DNA from: Candidatus Hadarchaeota archaeon
GTDB lineage: Archaea > CAYQAE01 > CAYVLA01
Direction of reading: 5' to 3'
DNA: 58,179 bases
Assembly (NCBI GenBank): GCA_964452145.1
Contig: CAYVLA010000002.1
Location: forward strand, 59,754-117,932
In this document: piece by piece, positions 19,497 through 29,542 of the stretch
Position numbering within the stretch: position 1 is the stretch's first letter
Layout of the letters: every line of letters begins with the position of its first letter
Translations under genes and position numbers: made by a program
The notes under the pieces: model-generated
Databases searched by the model: none
The model's input: the letters and a program-made list of their open reading frames with translations, nothing else
What the model was told of the DNA's origin: nothing

Positions 19497-20782
19497 GACG
19501 ATCCCTCCTTGATCGGTTTGAAAACCCCAACCGTACGATTATCCTCACCTAGGTAGGTTCTGGCAACCCTTCGAACGTCCTCCGGGCTGACTTTGGAGAG
19601 CCTGTCTAGAAGGCTTGCAAGATGCCGGTAGCCGGTTCGCAGCTCGGACGCACCGATCAGATGCGCCTGCCCCGTGACGCCATCGGTGGCATACGCAAAT
19701 TGAGCCTCAGTCTGCGACAGGGCTCTTCTAGTCTCCTTCTTGGTCGGCTCCCTGTGACGGATTCTCTCCACAACCTGGACCAAGGCCTTCTCGACTCTCT
19801 CCACAGGGACTCCACTTCTCGCTGTGGCAAATATGGTGAAGAGGTTTGGGTCAACGGACTCTTGGAAACTCGATTCTGCAGAAAGCGCAAGCTGCTTCTC
19901 AACTAGCGCCCTGTAGAGCCTGCCGCTGCGCTCGAAGCCCGGGCCCGATCTCACCGCCTTGGCCCCGCTCATGATTGCGTCAAGGATCATGAGGGGAAAG
20001 GCATCATCGCTGGAGATGTGGGGAGTGTGATACGCCACCATAATGTGTTCAGTGTTGCCCGGCTTCCTGACGAGGACCCTTCTCTCGCCAGATTGCGGTG
20101 GCTCGGCCGGTATCGTTGTAGCCCGTCCCTTCCTCTTCGGTATGCATCCGTAGAGTTCCTCTATCTTCGAGAGTGTCTTGCCTCGGTCGAATCTGCCCAC
20201 CAGAACCAGGAAGGCGTTGTCGGGCGAGTAGCAGGATTGATAGTGTCCGAAGAGGTCGTCCCTCGTCATGGTCTTGAGGTCGGAGGTCCAGCCGATCACC
20301 GGCCAGCCGTAAGGATGGGCTTTGAAGGCGGATGAGAGGACCTCCTCGAATAGGAGATAGGTCGGTTCGTTCTCCATGCCCTCGCGTTCAGACAGGATGA
20401 CCGTTCTCTCGGCTTCGACCTCCTTAGGCGAGAACACCGCGTTCTCCATTCGGTCCGCTTCGATCCTCAGCGCGAGATCCAGCTGTCGGGCTGGAAGGGT
20501 CTCGAAGTAAGTGGTGAAGTCCTGGGACGTGAAGGCGTTGTACATTCCGCCGTGCTTGCTGAGAAGACGATCGATCTGGTCTTTGGTGAAATTCTGGGTG
20601 CCCTTGAAGAGCATGTGTTCGACCCAGTGGGATATACCGGTGATCCCCGGCATCTCATTCCGGGACCCAGCCCTGTACCAGACCCAGTTGCTAATGGCTG
20701 GGGAGGAAGGCACCTGCTTGGTGATGACTTTCAATCCGTTACCTAGGATCGTCTCCTCGATGCTGGAGATGAGATTCGCCAC
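19493..20782 (-). CDS. M16 (pitrilysin-family) zinc peptidase, catalytic subunit
   Basis: GISHWVEHMLFKGT (HXXEH), NAFTSQDFTTY and HPYGWPVIG. GTG start at 20782 with an SD. Confidence 0.9.
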   Translation of the reverse strand: MANLISSIEETILGNGLKVITKQVPSSPAISNWVWYRAGSRNEMPGITGISHWVEHMLFKGTQNFTKDQIDRLLSKHGGMYNAFTSQDFTTYFETLPARQLDLALRIEADRMENAVFSPKEVEAERTVILSEREGMENEPTYLLFEEVLSSAFKAHPYGWPVIGWTSDLKTMTRDDLFGHYQSCYSPDNAFLVLVGRFDRGKTLSKIEELYGCIPKRKGRATTIPAEPPQSGERRVLVRKPGNTEHIMVAYHTPHISSDDAFPLMILDAIMSGAKAVRSGPGFERSGRLYRALVEKQLALSAESSFQESVDPNLFTIFATARSGVPVERVEKALVQVVERIRHREPTKKETRRALSQTEAQFAYATDGVTGQAHLIGASELRTGYRHLASLLDRLSKVSPEDVRRVARTYLGEDNRTVGVFKPIKEGSS

Positions 20783-21057
20783 GAGACACCCTCGCATCGG
20801 CCTGCCACAGGGTAGAAAAATCTCTCTCGATGAGGGCGAGCGGGATGTCCTTGGCCGGGCTGAACACTCTGGGATTTGGTGGGTCTCATCCGCGCCGAAT
20901 TGCGAGCCCATCGATAATCGTAAGAGGCTCAAGAACGCTTCGCGATTCCACCTCTCAGCTCGGAGGGATATCAGCGGCTAGGGTTGCCCGGTATCCCTAC
21001 CAATGCCATATCTTATCCGGCTCTTGCCGTGGCACTCTCCTCTGCCTGGCATCAACC

Positions 21058-22245
21058 TCAGACCATCTCGTTGTGCCAGATGTGGAAATCCAATGGGAAA
21101 ACAACCTCCACGAAGGATGCCCCGGAAGGCAGGTTCGTGATGCTGCTCGGTGGCTCCGGCCCGAAAACAAACTGCACCATCTCTCTCCTAGGCAAGATGA
21201 TCGCATCCTTCCGGGTCCGCGTTCTGCTGACCGATGCGCCGTCGGGGGAGAACTTCAGCTTCGCTGCCACGGGCTCGCCCTCGATCCCCAGGATCAAGAC
21301 TCGGGTTCCCCTCAATCCCAGTTCCCCGTACTTTCGAGAGATTTGCCGGGAGAAAGCCTTCAGCGTCCCCGGCAGGTCTATGATCTTGATGCTGCGCAGG
21401 CAGTTAACCTGCCAGCCGGAACTCACCTCCCGCAGCCTCTGGTTGATCGGATGGGACCAAGGCGAGGGCACGACCGCTGACTCCACTCCGAGCGACTCGG
21501 TGAGATGCAGTAGGATGGCATGAACCCCGTCAGCAGTACCTGCGTACTCACCGATGTGGGCCCATTTCTCTCGGCGCTCGATGACTGCGTAGGAGTCAAG
21601 GACACCTCTCCTCCGGGCCAGCAACACTTCCTTCCCGAGGCGGCCAAGAAGGAGGGCATGGAGCGTACGGTCTCTCTTCACCCCGAGGCGCTGCCGCCGG
21701 TTAATCATCAAGGTCATCCTCACTTCCTCCAGGGATCGGGAGTACTTCTCCACCCCGAATCCGGAGGGCTCGCCCACAGCGCCAAGGGAACGGGGAGTCA
21801 CGTTGAACTGCCAGACCCTTCCTCCCAACTCCCAGCCGAAGCGGCCGTACCGCTGTCTGCTTCCTCCCAGATCCGATATGAGATATCCCTCCCTCCTGAG
21901 GAACTCCTCAGTGTACAGGAGTATGCTCGTCATGACGCCCTTTCCTCGATACTCGGGCTTTGTCGCGACTCCGCTGATTCCCGCTACCCTTATCTGCCCC
22001 TCCCTGAACAGCACTGTCTGATCGACGCATCCAACGTGGCCTATGACTCTGGCCCCATCCTTGATTATCAAGGAGTTCTGGATCCTGTCCTTCCTGAAGC
22101 AGTGTGGCCATCTGGGGAGCATTCCTCCGAGCTGTTTGTCTCCCGGGAAGCATTCGTCTACAAGTTCGATGAGGGAGTCGTAGTCCTGCATTCCAGCTCT
22201 GATGGGTCCGCTCAGCCTCAAGAGGTCCAATTCCCGAGTGCCCAT
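21058..22245 (-). CDS. Eis-like GNAT acetyltransferase
   Basis: ISGVATKPEYRGKGVM acetyl-CoA motif and YGRFGWE. About 395 aa with an SCP2-like C-terminus. Confidence 0.8.
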   Translation of the reverse strand: MGTRELDLLRLSGPIRAGMQDYDSLIELVDECFPGDKQLGGMLPRWPHCFRKDRIQNSLIIKDGARVIGHVGCVDQTVLFREGQIRVAGISGVATKPEYRGKGVMTSILLYTEEFLRREGYLISDLGGSRQRYGRFGWELGGRVWQFNVTPRSLGAVGEPSGFGVEKYSRSLEEVRMTLMINRRQRLGVKRDRTLHALLLGRLGKEVLLARRRGVLDSYAVIERREKWAHIGEYAGTADGVHAILLHLTESLGVESAVVPSPWSHPINQRLREVSSGWQVNCLRSIKIIDLPGTLKAFSRQISRKYGELGLRGTRVLILGIEGEPVAAKLKFSPDGASVSRTRTRKDAIILPRREMVQFVFGPEPPSSITNLPSGASFVEVVFPLDFHIWHNEMV

Positions 22246-22270
22246 AAGCTCACCTCTCCTGCTGGGGCGC

Positions 22271-23812
22271 CTACCGCGCAGCCCGCCTCAGGCGACGCGC
22301 CATCTCAGTGTCTCCGCTCTCTTCGAGGGCGATCATCTGATGCTGTACCAAGACCGACTGAGGGCTGGCCTCAAATCTGGAGGAGTCAAGGTCAAGGGCC
22401 CTCAACTCGGAAGGAAGCTCTTTGTAGAGTTTCAGGACCCGCGCTGCATTTGCCTTGGCAGATCGCATGAAGATCTCCAAACCGCAAGCCACGTACCAGC
22501 GCTCTATGCTCTGGTGATCGAGGCGGGTGATCAACCACGACTCGTTCCCTGAGTACTCCTTCCCCTGGGGTTCTTCGTTTCCCGAGAAACGCCGCATCAA
22601 TTGGAGGAGTTTCTCCATGGTCAGGATCCCGGGTTTGAATGCAGCACGCTTCATGGAGTAGTCGAAGAAATCATCGTCTCCGACAGAGTGGTGGTACTTC
22701 AGGTGCCCGCAATAGGGCTCTGGATATCCCTCATCGAGAACGAAGATGGAAATCCTTTTCGCCTTACTCCAGACGATGTTGTGGCTGGTGATCTTCGCGG
22801 CCTCTTTGGGATCCATCTCGTCCCTCTTCCTGAGCACCGTGGGGGAGTCCCTCTCGATCCTTACACATCTTAGCGAATACTCCTCGGGATTGAGTGCCTC
22901 CAGCAGGGTCTTCCTTTCCGATCGGTTGGTAACCAGTTTCGCCATGTCGAAAGTGTAACCCTCGGGCCAGAGGCCTGTTGGAGTCTTATGCACGAGGTGC
23001 TGCGAAAGCTGATTGACAGGAACCAAAGCGTCCGCAGTGCTGTATGTGATCAGCGTTGGAAAGGTCATCAGGTGGGTCCTGAACGTGGGGCTGAACGGTC
23101 TCCAGTCCTGGTCATCTGGTCTTCCACCTTTGGTGGTCTCGGTGCCCACGATCTGGACGGCTCTCACCACTGGCGCGGCGGGTTTCTCCGGGTTCTGCGG
23201 ATCCCTGTTCACCTGATCGTTTCTGACCAGATAATTGATGTTGTATTTCAGGTTCAGGATAGGCAGGAGCGCGCATACAGCGGTAAGGGGGAAGACCATC
23301 GATGATGCCATGAGTGCATGGTATCCTCCAGCGCTCGCACCCAGGAGCATGACGCGCCTCTGGTCGACGAAGGGCATGCGTCTCGGGAGCTGGGCCATGC
23401 TGGCCGAATGATTCAGGCCGTGCCCCATGAGGTTGGACGCCACGTAGCTCCTCTCCCCGTGTGGGGTCATCGTGGCCCATCCTCGTGCCAGGAAACGTGC
23501 CGATCCCTTGGCATCCGTTTCGTAATGCATGCTGATGACCATGGGAAGCCTTTCCCTCGGACGTTTGGCCGGGATGAACAGCCTACCCGAGCCCTTGAGG
23601 TCCTTGCCATGGGTACCTCTAAAGGCGAACGTGAAATCGTACTGGCGTGCCGATATCTCCATGTGCCGGCCCTTGGCATTGAAGGGAACCAGGACCATCT
23701 CTTCTTTCTCGACCTTCATAGGCGTCGAGATCCTGTGCAGGTCAACATCCCCGGTCAATGTCCTCAGCCAGGTCTCGGCTTTTGAGAATGGTAGAGCCAT
23801 GCTGATCGACAT
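22271..23812 (-). CDS. Alpha/beta-hydrolase fold protein
   Basis: VDQRRVMLLGASAGGY nucleophile elbow (GxSxG), STADALVP (Asp) and YCGH (His). Confidence 0.7.
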   Translation of the reverse strand: MSISMALPFSKAETWLRTLTGDVDLHRISTPMKVEKEEMVLVPFNAKGRHMEISARQYDFTFAFRGTHGKDLKGSGRLFIPAKRPRERLPMVISMHYETDAKGSARFLARGWATMTPHGERSYVASNLMGHGLNHSASMAQLPRRMPFVDQRRVMLLGASAGGYHALMASSMVFPLTAVCALLPILNLKYNINYLVRNDQVNRDPQNPEKPAAPVVRAVQIVGTETTKGGRPDDQDWRPFSPTFRTHLMTFPTLITYSTADALVPVNQLSQHLVHKTPTGLWPEGYTFDMAKLVTNRSERKTLLEALNPEEYSLRCVRIERDSPTVLRKRDEMDPKEAAKITSHNIVWSKAKRISIFVLDEGYPEPYCGHLKYHHSVGDDDFFDYSMKRAAFKPGILTMEKLLQLMRRFSGNEEPQGKEYSGNESWLITRLDHQSIERWYVACGLEIFMRSAKANAARVLKLYKELPSELRALDLDSSRFEASPQSVLVQHQMIALEESGDTEMARRLRRAAR

Positions 23813-23910
23813 GGACCCGGGATCACCGGCTTTTGAATGTGCCGGCAGCGGGAAGGAGCTGTGAGAAGAGATGCAGGAATCGTTATAAGAAGGCTGTGCA
23901 GGGCCTTGCC

Positions 23911-26547
23911 GTGGAGACGGTAACGGTGGCAGCCTGCGAAGAGGATGCTCCCTTCACGTACGAAGGCGAGGCTCTGAGGGCCCTGGCCTTCCCTCTCGGA
24001 GGGATCGGAACCGGGCATTTCTGCATCTGCGGTGACGGGGGTTTCAGACAATGGCAAATCTTCAATCAGGTCAATCACCTGGCCTACCTACCGGGGACCT
24101 TCTTGGCAATCAGGGTCTGGAGAGCGGGAAGCGAATCGAAGGCATTTGTTCTTCAGTCAAGTGCCCTGTATTCGGAGGAGGGCTTCGAACCGGCACCTCT
24201 CGTCACCGATCACATCCTCCCGGACCAGGCGAAGCATCTGATGGAGACGCTACCCGGGGTAACCTCGATTAGGGTCGTTGGCCAGTATCCGGTGGCCCGC
24301 TTTGAATACAAAGACGAGAACCTGCCCCTGGACGTGGAGCTGAAGGCCTTCTCTCCCCTGGTTCCTCTTGATCAGAAGAATTCGGGTCTTCCGGTGGTCT
24401 TCCTGGCTCTTCGGCTCCGCAACCCGGGGACCGATCAAGTCGAGGCCTCGTGTCTGGCATCCCTCCAGAATGCTGTGGGCTGGGATGGCGCGACTCCGAT
24501 CTCGGGGACGTCTTGTCCGTTGTACGGGGGCAACGTCAACAGCCTTGTCATGACGAAAGGGGCCACCATCCTCGTCATGGGCAACAACAGCATCGAGGAG
24601 GGATCGGCTAGGAAGGGCGAAATGGCCCTCGCTCTTCTTGGAGACGGTGCCTCGGTTCGGCCCCAATGGGATGACCTGCACGGTCTGTGGGAAGACTTCA
24701 GATCGGATGGAAGACTAGTCCGCGATTCCCTCGGTCCAAGCCCCGCGGGACGAACCTGGAACGGTGCTCTGGCAAAGTCGTTGGTCATCAAGCCGGGCGA
24801 GTGCAGGGAGGTCGTATTCGTGATCGCCTGGCACTTCCCGAACAGATATGTGAACTGGAACCAGAAGGGCCTGGGCCTAGCGGATGACAAGACCAGATTC
24901 TGGCTGGGCACGATGTACAGCAACTGGTTCGCAGGAGTGTTGGAGACCATCAACTATGCTGTGGACAGCTATGGGGATCTGGTGTTCAAGACCGAACGGT
25001 TCTGGGACTGCCTATTTGACACAACACTACCCGGTCCTGTGCTGGACGCAGCTTCGTCCCAGATCTCGACCATCAGAAGCCCGACGTGCTTCTGGACCCA
25101 GGATGGCAGGTTCTATGGATTCGAGGGGTGCTGCGGGGCCAGCACAGGTTGCTCGTCCATGACTGGCGGCTGCTGTCCTCTGAACTGCACCCATGTGTGG
25201 AACTACGAGCAGACCCTGTCCCGGTTGTTTCCAGAGTTGGAAAGGACCATGAGGGAAGTTGACCTGGCATGGCAACTGGGCGAGGATGGCCGAATCCCCC
25301 ATCGAACGCTTCTTCCGCTGTATCTCCCTAGATGGCGCGAAAGAGATCCGACATCCCATGTCTATGCAGTCGACGGCCACTGCGGGACGATCCTGAAGAC
25401 ATACCGCGAGTACAGAGCATGCGGAGACCCAGCGTTTCTTGAGCGGTACTGGCCGGCCCTCAAGAAGGCCTTGGAGTACGCGATCAGAACCTGGGACCCG
25501 GATCTTGACGGGGTTCTAGACGGCCCGCAATGGAATACCTACGACTGCCATCTTCACGGCCACAACAGCTTCACCACGGGGCTGTACCTTGCAGCCCTGC
25601 GAGCGATGGAGGAGATGGCCAAGCTGCGCAAGGAGCCCGACGTCGCATCGAGATGCAGAGGACTTTACGCGAAGGGGAGATCGATCATCGAATCCGAGCT
25701 CTGGAATGGCGAGTACTATATGCAGAGATACGACCGGAGCAAGCACGGATCGATGCAATACGGAGAGGGATGTCACTCGGACCAACTCCTGGGACAATGG
25801 TGGGCCCACATCCTCGGCCTCGGGCACCTGCTGCCCCCCGGGCACGTGAGGAGGGCTCTTGAATCGATCTTCCGGTACAATATGAGGAGTGACCTTGTGG
25901 GACACATCCAGAAACCCAGGGTCTACCTGAAGGAAGGCGAGGCCGGTCTCCTAATCTGCACATGGCCCATGGGCGGCAGACCCGATCCCGTCACTCTCTA
26001 CAGCGATGAGGTGTGGACGGGGATCGAGTACTCGGTTGCTGGCCTGATGGTCTACGAGGGGATGATCGAGGAGACGCTTATAATCGTCGAGAAAGCCAGG
26101 CAGCGCCATGACGGAAGATGTAGGAGCCCATGGAACGAGGTCGAATGTGGAGATCACTACGTACGGCCGATGAGCAGTTGGGCCTTGTTTGAGGCTCTCT
26201 GCGGATTCGTCTATGACGCGGGCCGCCGCCGTATAGCCTTCGATCCCAAGGCGTCGAAGGAGGACTTCAGGTGTTTCTTCGCCACCGAGAGGGGCTGGGG
26301 AAGGTACTCCCAGAAGGTCGAAGGTAACAGACAGGTCTGTGAGATATCGCTGATCCATGGTTCTCTTGAAGTAGACACGATGAGCTTCCCGCAGCTGTTG
26401 AAGGGGAACGTCGCGGTCACCTTGTACGTTGACGATGCGAGGTTAGCGGACGCCCAAGTCAGACTGACCAAGGCAGGCGTCGTGATCAGGGGGAGTATCC
26501 GGCTTGCCGAGGCCGGGTCTGCGAAGGCGATCCTGGAGAGAACCTAG
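23911..26547 (+). CDS. GH116 non-lysosomal glucosylceramidase/beta-glycosidase family
   Basis: PLGGIGTG, FYGFEGC, CTHVWNY, QWNTYD, DQLLGQWW, EVWTGIEY and PWNEVECGDHYVRPMSSW. TATA at 23883 favours GTG 23911. Confidence 0.9.
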   Translation: METVTVAACEEDAPFTYEGEALRALAFPLGGIGTGHFCICGDGGFRQWQIFNQVNHLAYLPGTFLAIRVWRAGSESKAFVLQSSALYSEEGFEPAPLVTDHILPDQAKHLMETLPGVTSIRVVGQYPVARFEYKDENLPLDVELKAFSPLVPLDQKNSGLPVVFLALRLRNPGTDQVEASCLASLQNAVGWDGATPISGTSCPLYGGNVNSLVMTKGATILVMGNNSIEEGSARKGEMALALLGDGASVRPQWDDLHGLWEDFRSDGRLVRDSLGPSPAGRTWNGALAKSLVIKPGECREVVFVIAWHFPNRYVNWNQKGLGLADDKTRFWLGTMYSNWFAGVLETINYAVDSYGDLVFKTERFWDCLFDTTLPGPVLDAASSQISTIRSPTCFWTQDGRFYGFEGCCGASTGCSSMTGGCCPLNCTHVWNYEQTLSRLFPELERTMREVDLAWQLGEDGRIPHRTLLPLYLPRWRERDPTSHVYAVDGHCGTILKTYREYRACGDPAFLERYWPALKKALEYAIRTWDPDLDGVLDGPQWNTYDCHLHGHNSFTTGLYLAALRAMEEMAKLRKEPDVASRCRGLYAKGRSIIESELWNGEYYMQRYDRSKHGSMQYGEGCHSDQLLGQWWAHILGLGHLLPPGHVRRALESIFRYNMRSDLVGHIQKPRVYLKEGEAGLLICTWPMGGRPDPVTLYSDEVWTGIEYSVAGLMVYEGMIEETLIIVEKARQRHDGRCRSPWNEVECGDHYVRPMSSWALFEALCGFVYDAGRRRIAFDPKASKEDFRCFFATERGWGRYSQKVEGNRQVCEISLIHGSLEVDTMSFPQLLKGNVAVTLYVDDARLADAQVRLTKAGVVIRGSIRLAEAGSAKAILERT

Positions 26548-26631
26548 GCCGTTGCCCATTGCGAATACGACAAAGGAGGCTTCGCTGGGTCTGGAACGGT
26601 TTATATCGCCTCCAGATCACCGTCCGGCCAG

Positions 26632-26874
26632 GTGCAGGTCTTCGTGACGGACCCACAACCAATCCTTGCCGGCGTCTGGGGCCTAGCATCGCGGCTCTGG
26701 TCGGGCCTCTGGAACAGCGGCCCGGCAACACTGCTTCTGCTCGGGGCGTTGGCGGGGTTCCTCTTGGCCTTGGTGCTCGTGGCCGCATCAAGGCTGAGGG
26801 ATCGTTCTGAGAGAAGCGACGAAACGGAGAGTTCAGGTAGCTCGGCCGGAACGGCTTGGTATCTCTGTGCCTGA
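26632..26874 (+). CDS. Small membrane protein
   Basis: TTTATAT about 25 nt upstream of GTG (leaderless pattern). TM segment LLLLGALAGFLLALVLVAAS. Confidence 0.55.
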   Translation: MQVFVTDPQPILAGVWGLASRLWSGLWNSGPATLLLLGALAGFLLALVLVAASRLRDRSERSDETESSGSSAGTAWYLCA

Positions 26875-26896
26875 AAGGTGCCTGGGTCCCGCGAGT

Positions 26897-28183
26897 CTAG
26901 CGCTTCCATCGCGTGCCGAGCTGGAACAGATCCCATGCGTTTTCCCTGAGCAGAGAATCGGCAAGTTGGATCGCGTCCTCTCTTGAGAAGTAGCCTTGCT
27001 CGACCTTCTCGGATAGAACCTGGGCGACGACCTTTCTGGCGAGCTTGGAGTGGGCGTACGCCCCCTCAACGATGACGTAGTCCCCGCCGAATGCCATTAT
27101 CTTGTTTGATGGCACGGTCTCGATCCATTCGTGGAGCATCCTCTTCGAAACCGATGGGGAGATCACGTGAAGCCAGCACATGTCCACGTAGACATTCGGG
27201 AAGTTCTTAGCCAGGACGGCGAGCTCACTGCAGTATGGATAGCTCCCGTGAAAGATGTCGAACTTGGCATCGCGATACTCGAGAAAGAGGTTGGTAAGGT
27301 GGGTCGGCTTGGAGTTGGTGATGATGTTCCCATTGCCCTCCTGTATTCCGGTGTGTATCTGTATGGGGCGGTCATGCTTTATGGCAAGCGTGATTAGGTG
27401 GTGAACGAGGAAGTCTTGAAGCGGCTTGGCCTCCGCATATGACAGACCCTTTCCCATGTCGCGATGGATTCCCCCGAAGAGCTTGTCGGCCGTAGCCCGG
27501 GGAACCTTGTCAAAGCGAAGGCTTCTGGAGTAAGCCAGGCCGATCTTGACCCCAACCATTCCACCTCGAATCCTCTCCTCGAAGCAGGTATCCAAGGCGG
27601 CAAGGAGATCGTCCAGACTATGTATCGAGATGCCCGTAAGCTGCTCGATGGATTCCAGTTCTCCCCGGCTCCTCGGCACGATGAAGGCCTCGAAGTTGAT
27701 GACCGGGGCGAAGAACTCACGGTCAACATCCGTATCAGTGCCGCATTCCAGGGAGACCTCTATCCGGCCCTCTTCCCCCAAGACATAGCGATACCATCCG
27801 GGACGATTTGACTGGGCGATCTTCTCCGATAGCTCGAGGTAGGTTTCGTCGACGATGTCATGGATCCCGAATAGTTCCCTAGCAGCTAGAATGAGGGCCC
27901 GTCCGTAGGCGGTCGTCCTGGCATATCTCCAGTAAGGCCTGAAAAGGTCCCATCTCTGCTGCAGGGGTATGCCTGGATCCCTGATGGTCTCAAGCACCTT
28001 GGGTGGCATGCCGGAGGAGACTAGATCCGACGATGCGTAGTGAGGGAAGAGGTAGAACAAATCGATCTTTGATTCTGCCCTCTGCTTCTCTGACATCAGA
28101 TGCTCGTGTGTGTCCACCAAGACGATAGAATCCACCGCGTCCGCTATCTTGCCATCAACTGTGCTCATGCTTCCCAACCTCAC
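26897..28183 (-). CDS. Amidohydrolase-superfamily metalloenzyme
   Basis: VDTHEH, QIHTG, DIFHGSYP, NVYVDMCW and FGGD. Confidence 0.88.
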   Translation of the reverse strand: MRLGSMSTVDGKIADAVDSIVLVDTHEHLMSEKQRAESKIDLFYLFPHYASSDLVSSGMPPKVLETIRDPGIPLQQRWDLFRPYWRYARTTAYGRALILAARELFGIHDIVDETYLELSEKIAQSNRPGWYRYVLGEEGRIEVSLECGTDTDVDREFFAPVINFEAFIVPRSRGELESIEQLTGISIHSLDDLLAALDTCFEERIRGGMVGVKIGLAYSRSLRFDKVPRATADKLFGGIHRDMGKGLSYAEAKPLQDFLVHHLITLAIKHDRPIQIHTGIQEGNGNIITNSKPTHLTNLFLEYRDAKFDIFHGSYPYCSELAVLAKNFPNVYVDMCWLHVISPSVSKRMLHEWIETVPSNKIMAFGGDYVIVEGAYAHSKLARKVVAQVLSEKVEQGYFSREDAIQLADSLLRENAWDLFQLGTRWKR

Positions 28184-28492
28184 GGTTGCCTCGAAGCCAA
28201 ATCGGTGATACCCGAGTAAATATCTGTCTGCTCGGGCCGAGAAAGATGTGAGCCTGAACCCACCGACGTCTGTAAACGGTGCGCCGAGTTGCTGGGACTT
28301 GACACATATAAGCCAGGCTAACGGAGGAGGCTGTGCAGGGAGATTGGCTCAAAGAGGACCTGACCGTGACGGGGTTGTTAAGATTCGATTGGTGGGGGAG
28401 TGGTGTACGTCCGGGTGGCAGGGAGGGCGACAGGCTATCAGGCATATGCACACTGCCGTCGGAGACGGGTCACCCAATGCGGGGTGCACTGC

Positions 28493-29194
28493 ATGATCGA
28501 CACGGTGTTCTTTGACTTCGGAGGCACTCTCTTCTTCCAGAAACGAGTGGTGCCCGAGGACGAGACGCTGATGTGCGGGTACCAGGCATTGACGGAGAGA
28601 GGGATGGAGCTGGGTTTCGATCAGTTCAAGGCAGTCTTCAAGCCGGCGCTTGAAGCGGAGGAGGAAAGGCTGGCACGGGACGGACTTGAGATAGACCTCC
28701 GGGCCTTCTGTCGGCAGATGATGCCTCGGCTCGGCCTTGAGCCCAAGGAGGAGATCGTGGACGCCCATCTTTGGGGACGATTCAAGCCCCACAGAGGTAA
28801 CGATGAGATCTTCGACGACGTTGTGCCCACTCTGTCGAGGCTGAAGCCCCACACCAAGATAGGCCTGATCTCCAACGCTCAGCCCCTCGGCATCCTCTGG
28901 TACCTTGACAGAACGGGCATCGCCAGCTACTTCGATGAGGTCATCATCTCGGGAGGCGTCGGGGTCAAGAAGCCTAACCCGAGGATCTTTCACCTAGCTG
29001 CCGAGTCAATATGCTCGGATCCCTCGGCATGCATCATGGTCGGGGATGACCCTTGGGGGGATGTGGGGGGAGCGGAGTCGGCCGGGATGATCGGCCTCAT
29101 GGTCGATCGGTCCGGTCGGTTCAGGAATTCCTTTCCGGGCGTCAAGTTCATCTACTCCCTTCGGGAGGTCCTAGGATGGGTCGGGGGGACATAG
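28493..29194 (+). CDS. HAD-superfamily hydrolase (class I)
   Basis: FFDFGGTL, LISNA, KKPNPRIF and MVGDDPWGDVGGA. Confidence 0.9.
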   Translation: MIDTVFFDFGGTLFFQKRVVPEDETLMCGYQALTERGMELGFDQFKAVFKPALEAEEERLARDGLEIDLRAFCRQMMPRLGLEPKEEIVDAHLWGRFKPHRGNDEIFDDVVPTLSRLKPHTKIGLISNAQPLGILWYLDRTGIASYFDEVIISGGVGVKKPNPRIFHLAAESICSDPSACIMVGDDPWGDVGGAESAGMIGLMVDRSGRFRNSFPGVKFIYSLREVLGWVGGT

Positions 29195-29197
29195 TTG

Positions 29198-29440
29198 CTA
29201 CCCAGTATGGGGCACGCGTGAAGAAGTCTTGGTGGGTCCTGATCTACCTCGGCTGGAAGTAGTCACGGGGCAAAGCGAGCGAGGGCCGAGTAGCACCGGG
29301 CAGTTGAGATTCGCGCTGTAGAGCCAGCTCGCGCTACAGGATGGACACCTATAGAGGGTCCTCTTAGGGAGTTCGGTCCAGTTGCGAATCCGCAGCTCGG
29401 CCGGAACCAGGCTCGCCCCACATCTTCGGCAATTAGGCAA
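29198..29440 (-). CDS. Small zinc-ribbon protein
   Basis: CRRCG...YRCPSC Cys pairs. TTTTAAG about 26 nt upstream of the TTG. Confidence 0.6.
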   Translation of the reverse strand: MPNCRRCGASLVPAELRIRNWTELPKRTLYRCPSCSASWLYSANLNCPVLLGPRSLCPVTTSSRGRSGPTKTSSRVPHTG

Positions 29441-29542
29441 GGTAGGTTGATGGGAGGTGGTGCGCTTAAAAGCCTGCTTCCATCCCCCTCTCTCTGTGAG
29501 TTGATTGTAACACTAAAAAGAGCGGCATCTTGGGAGGCCTGC

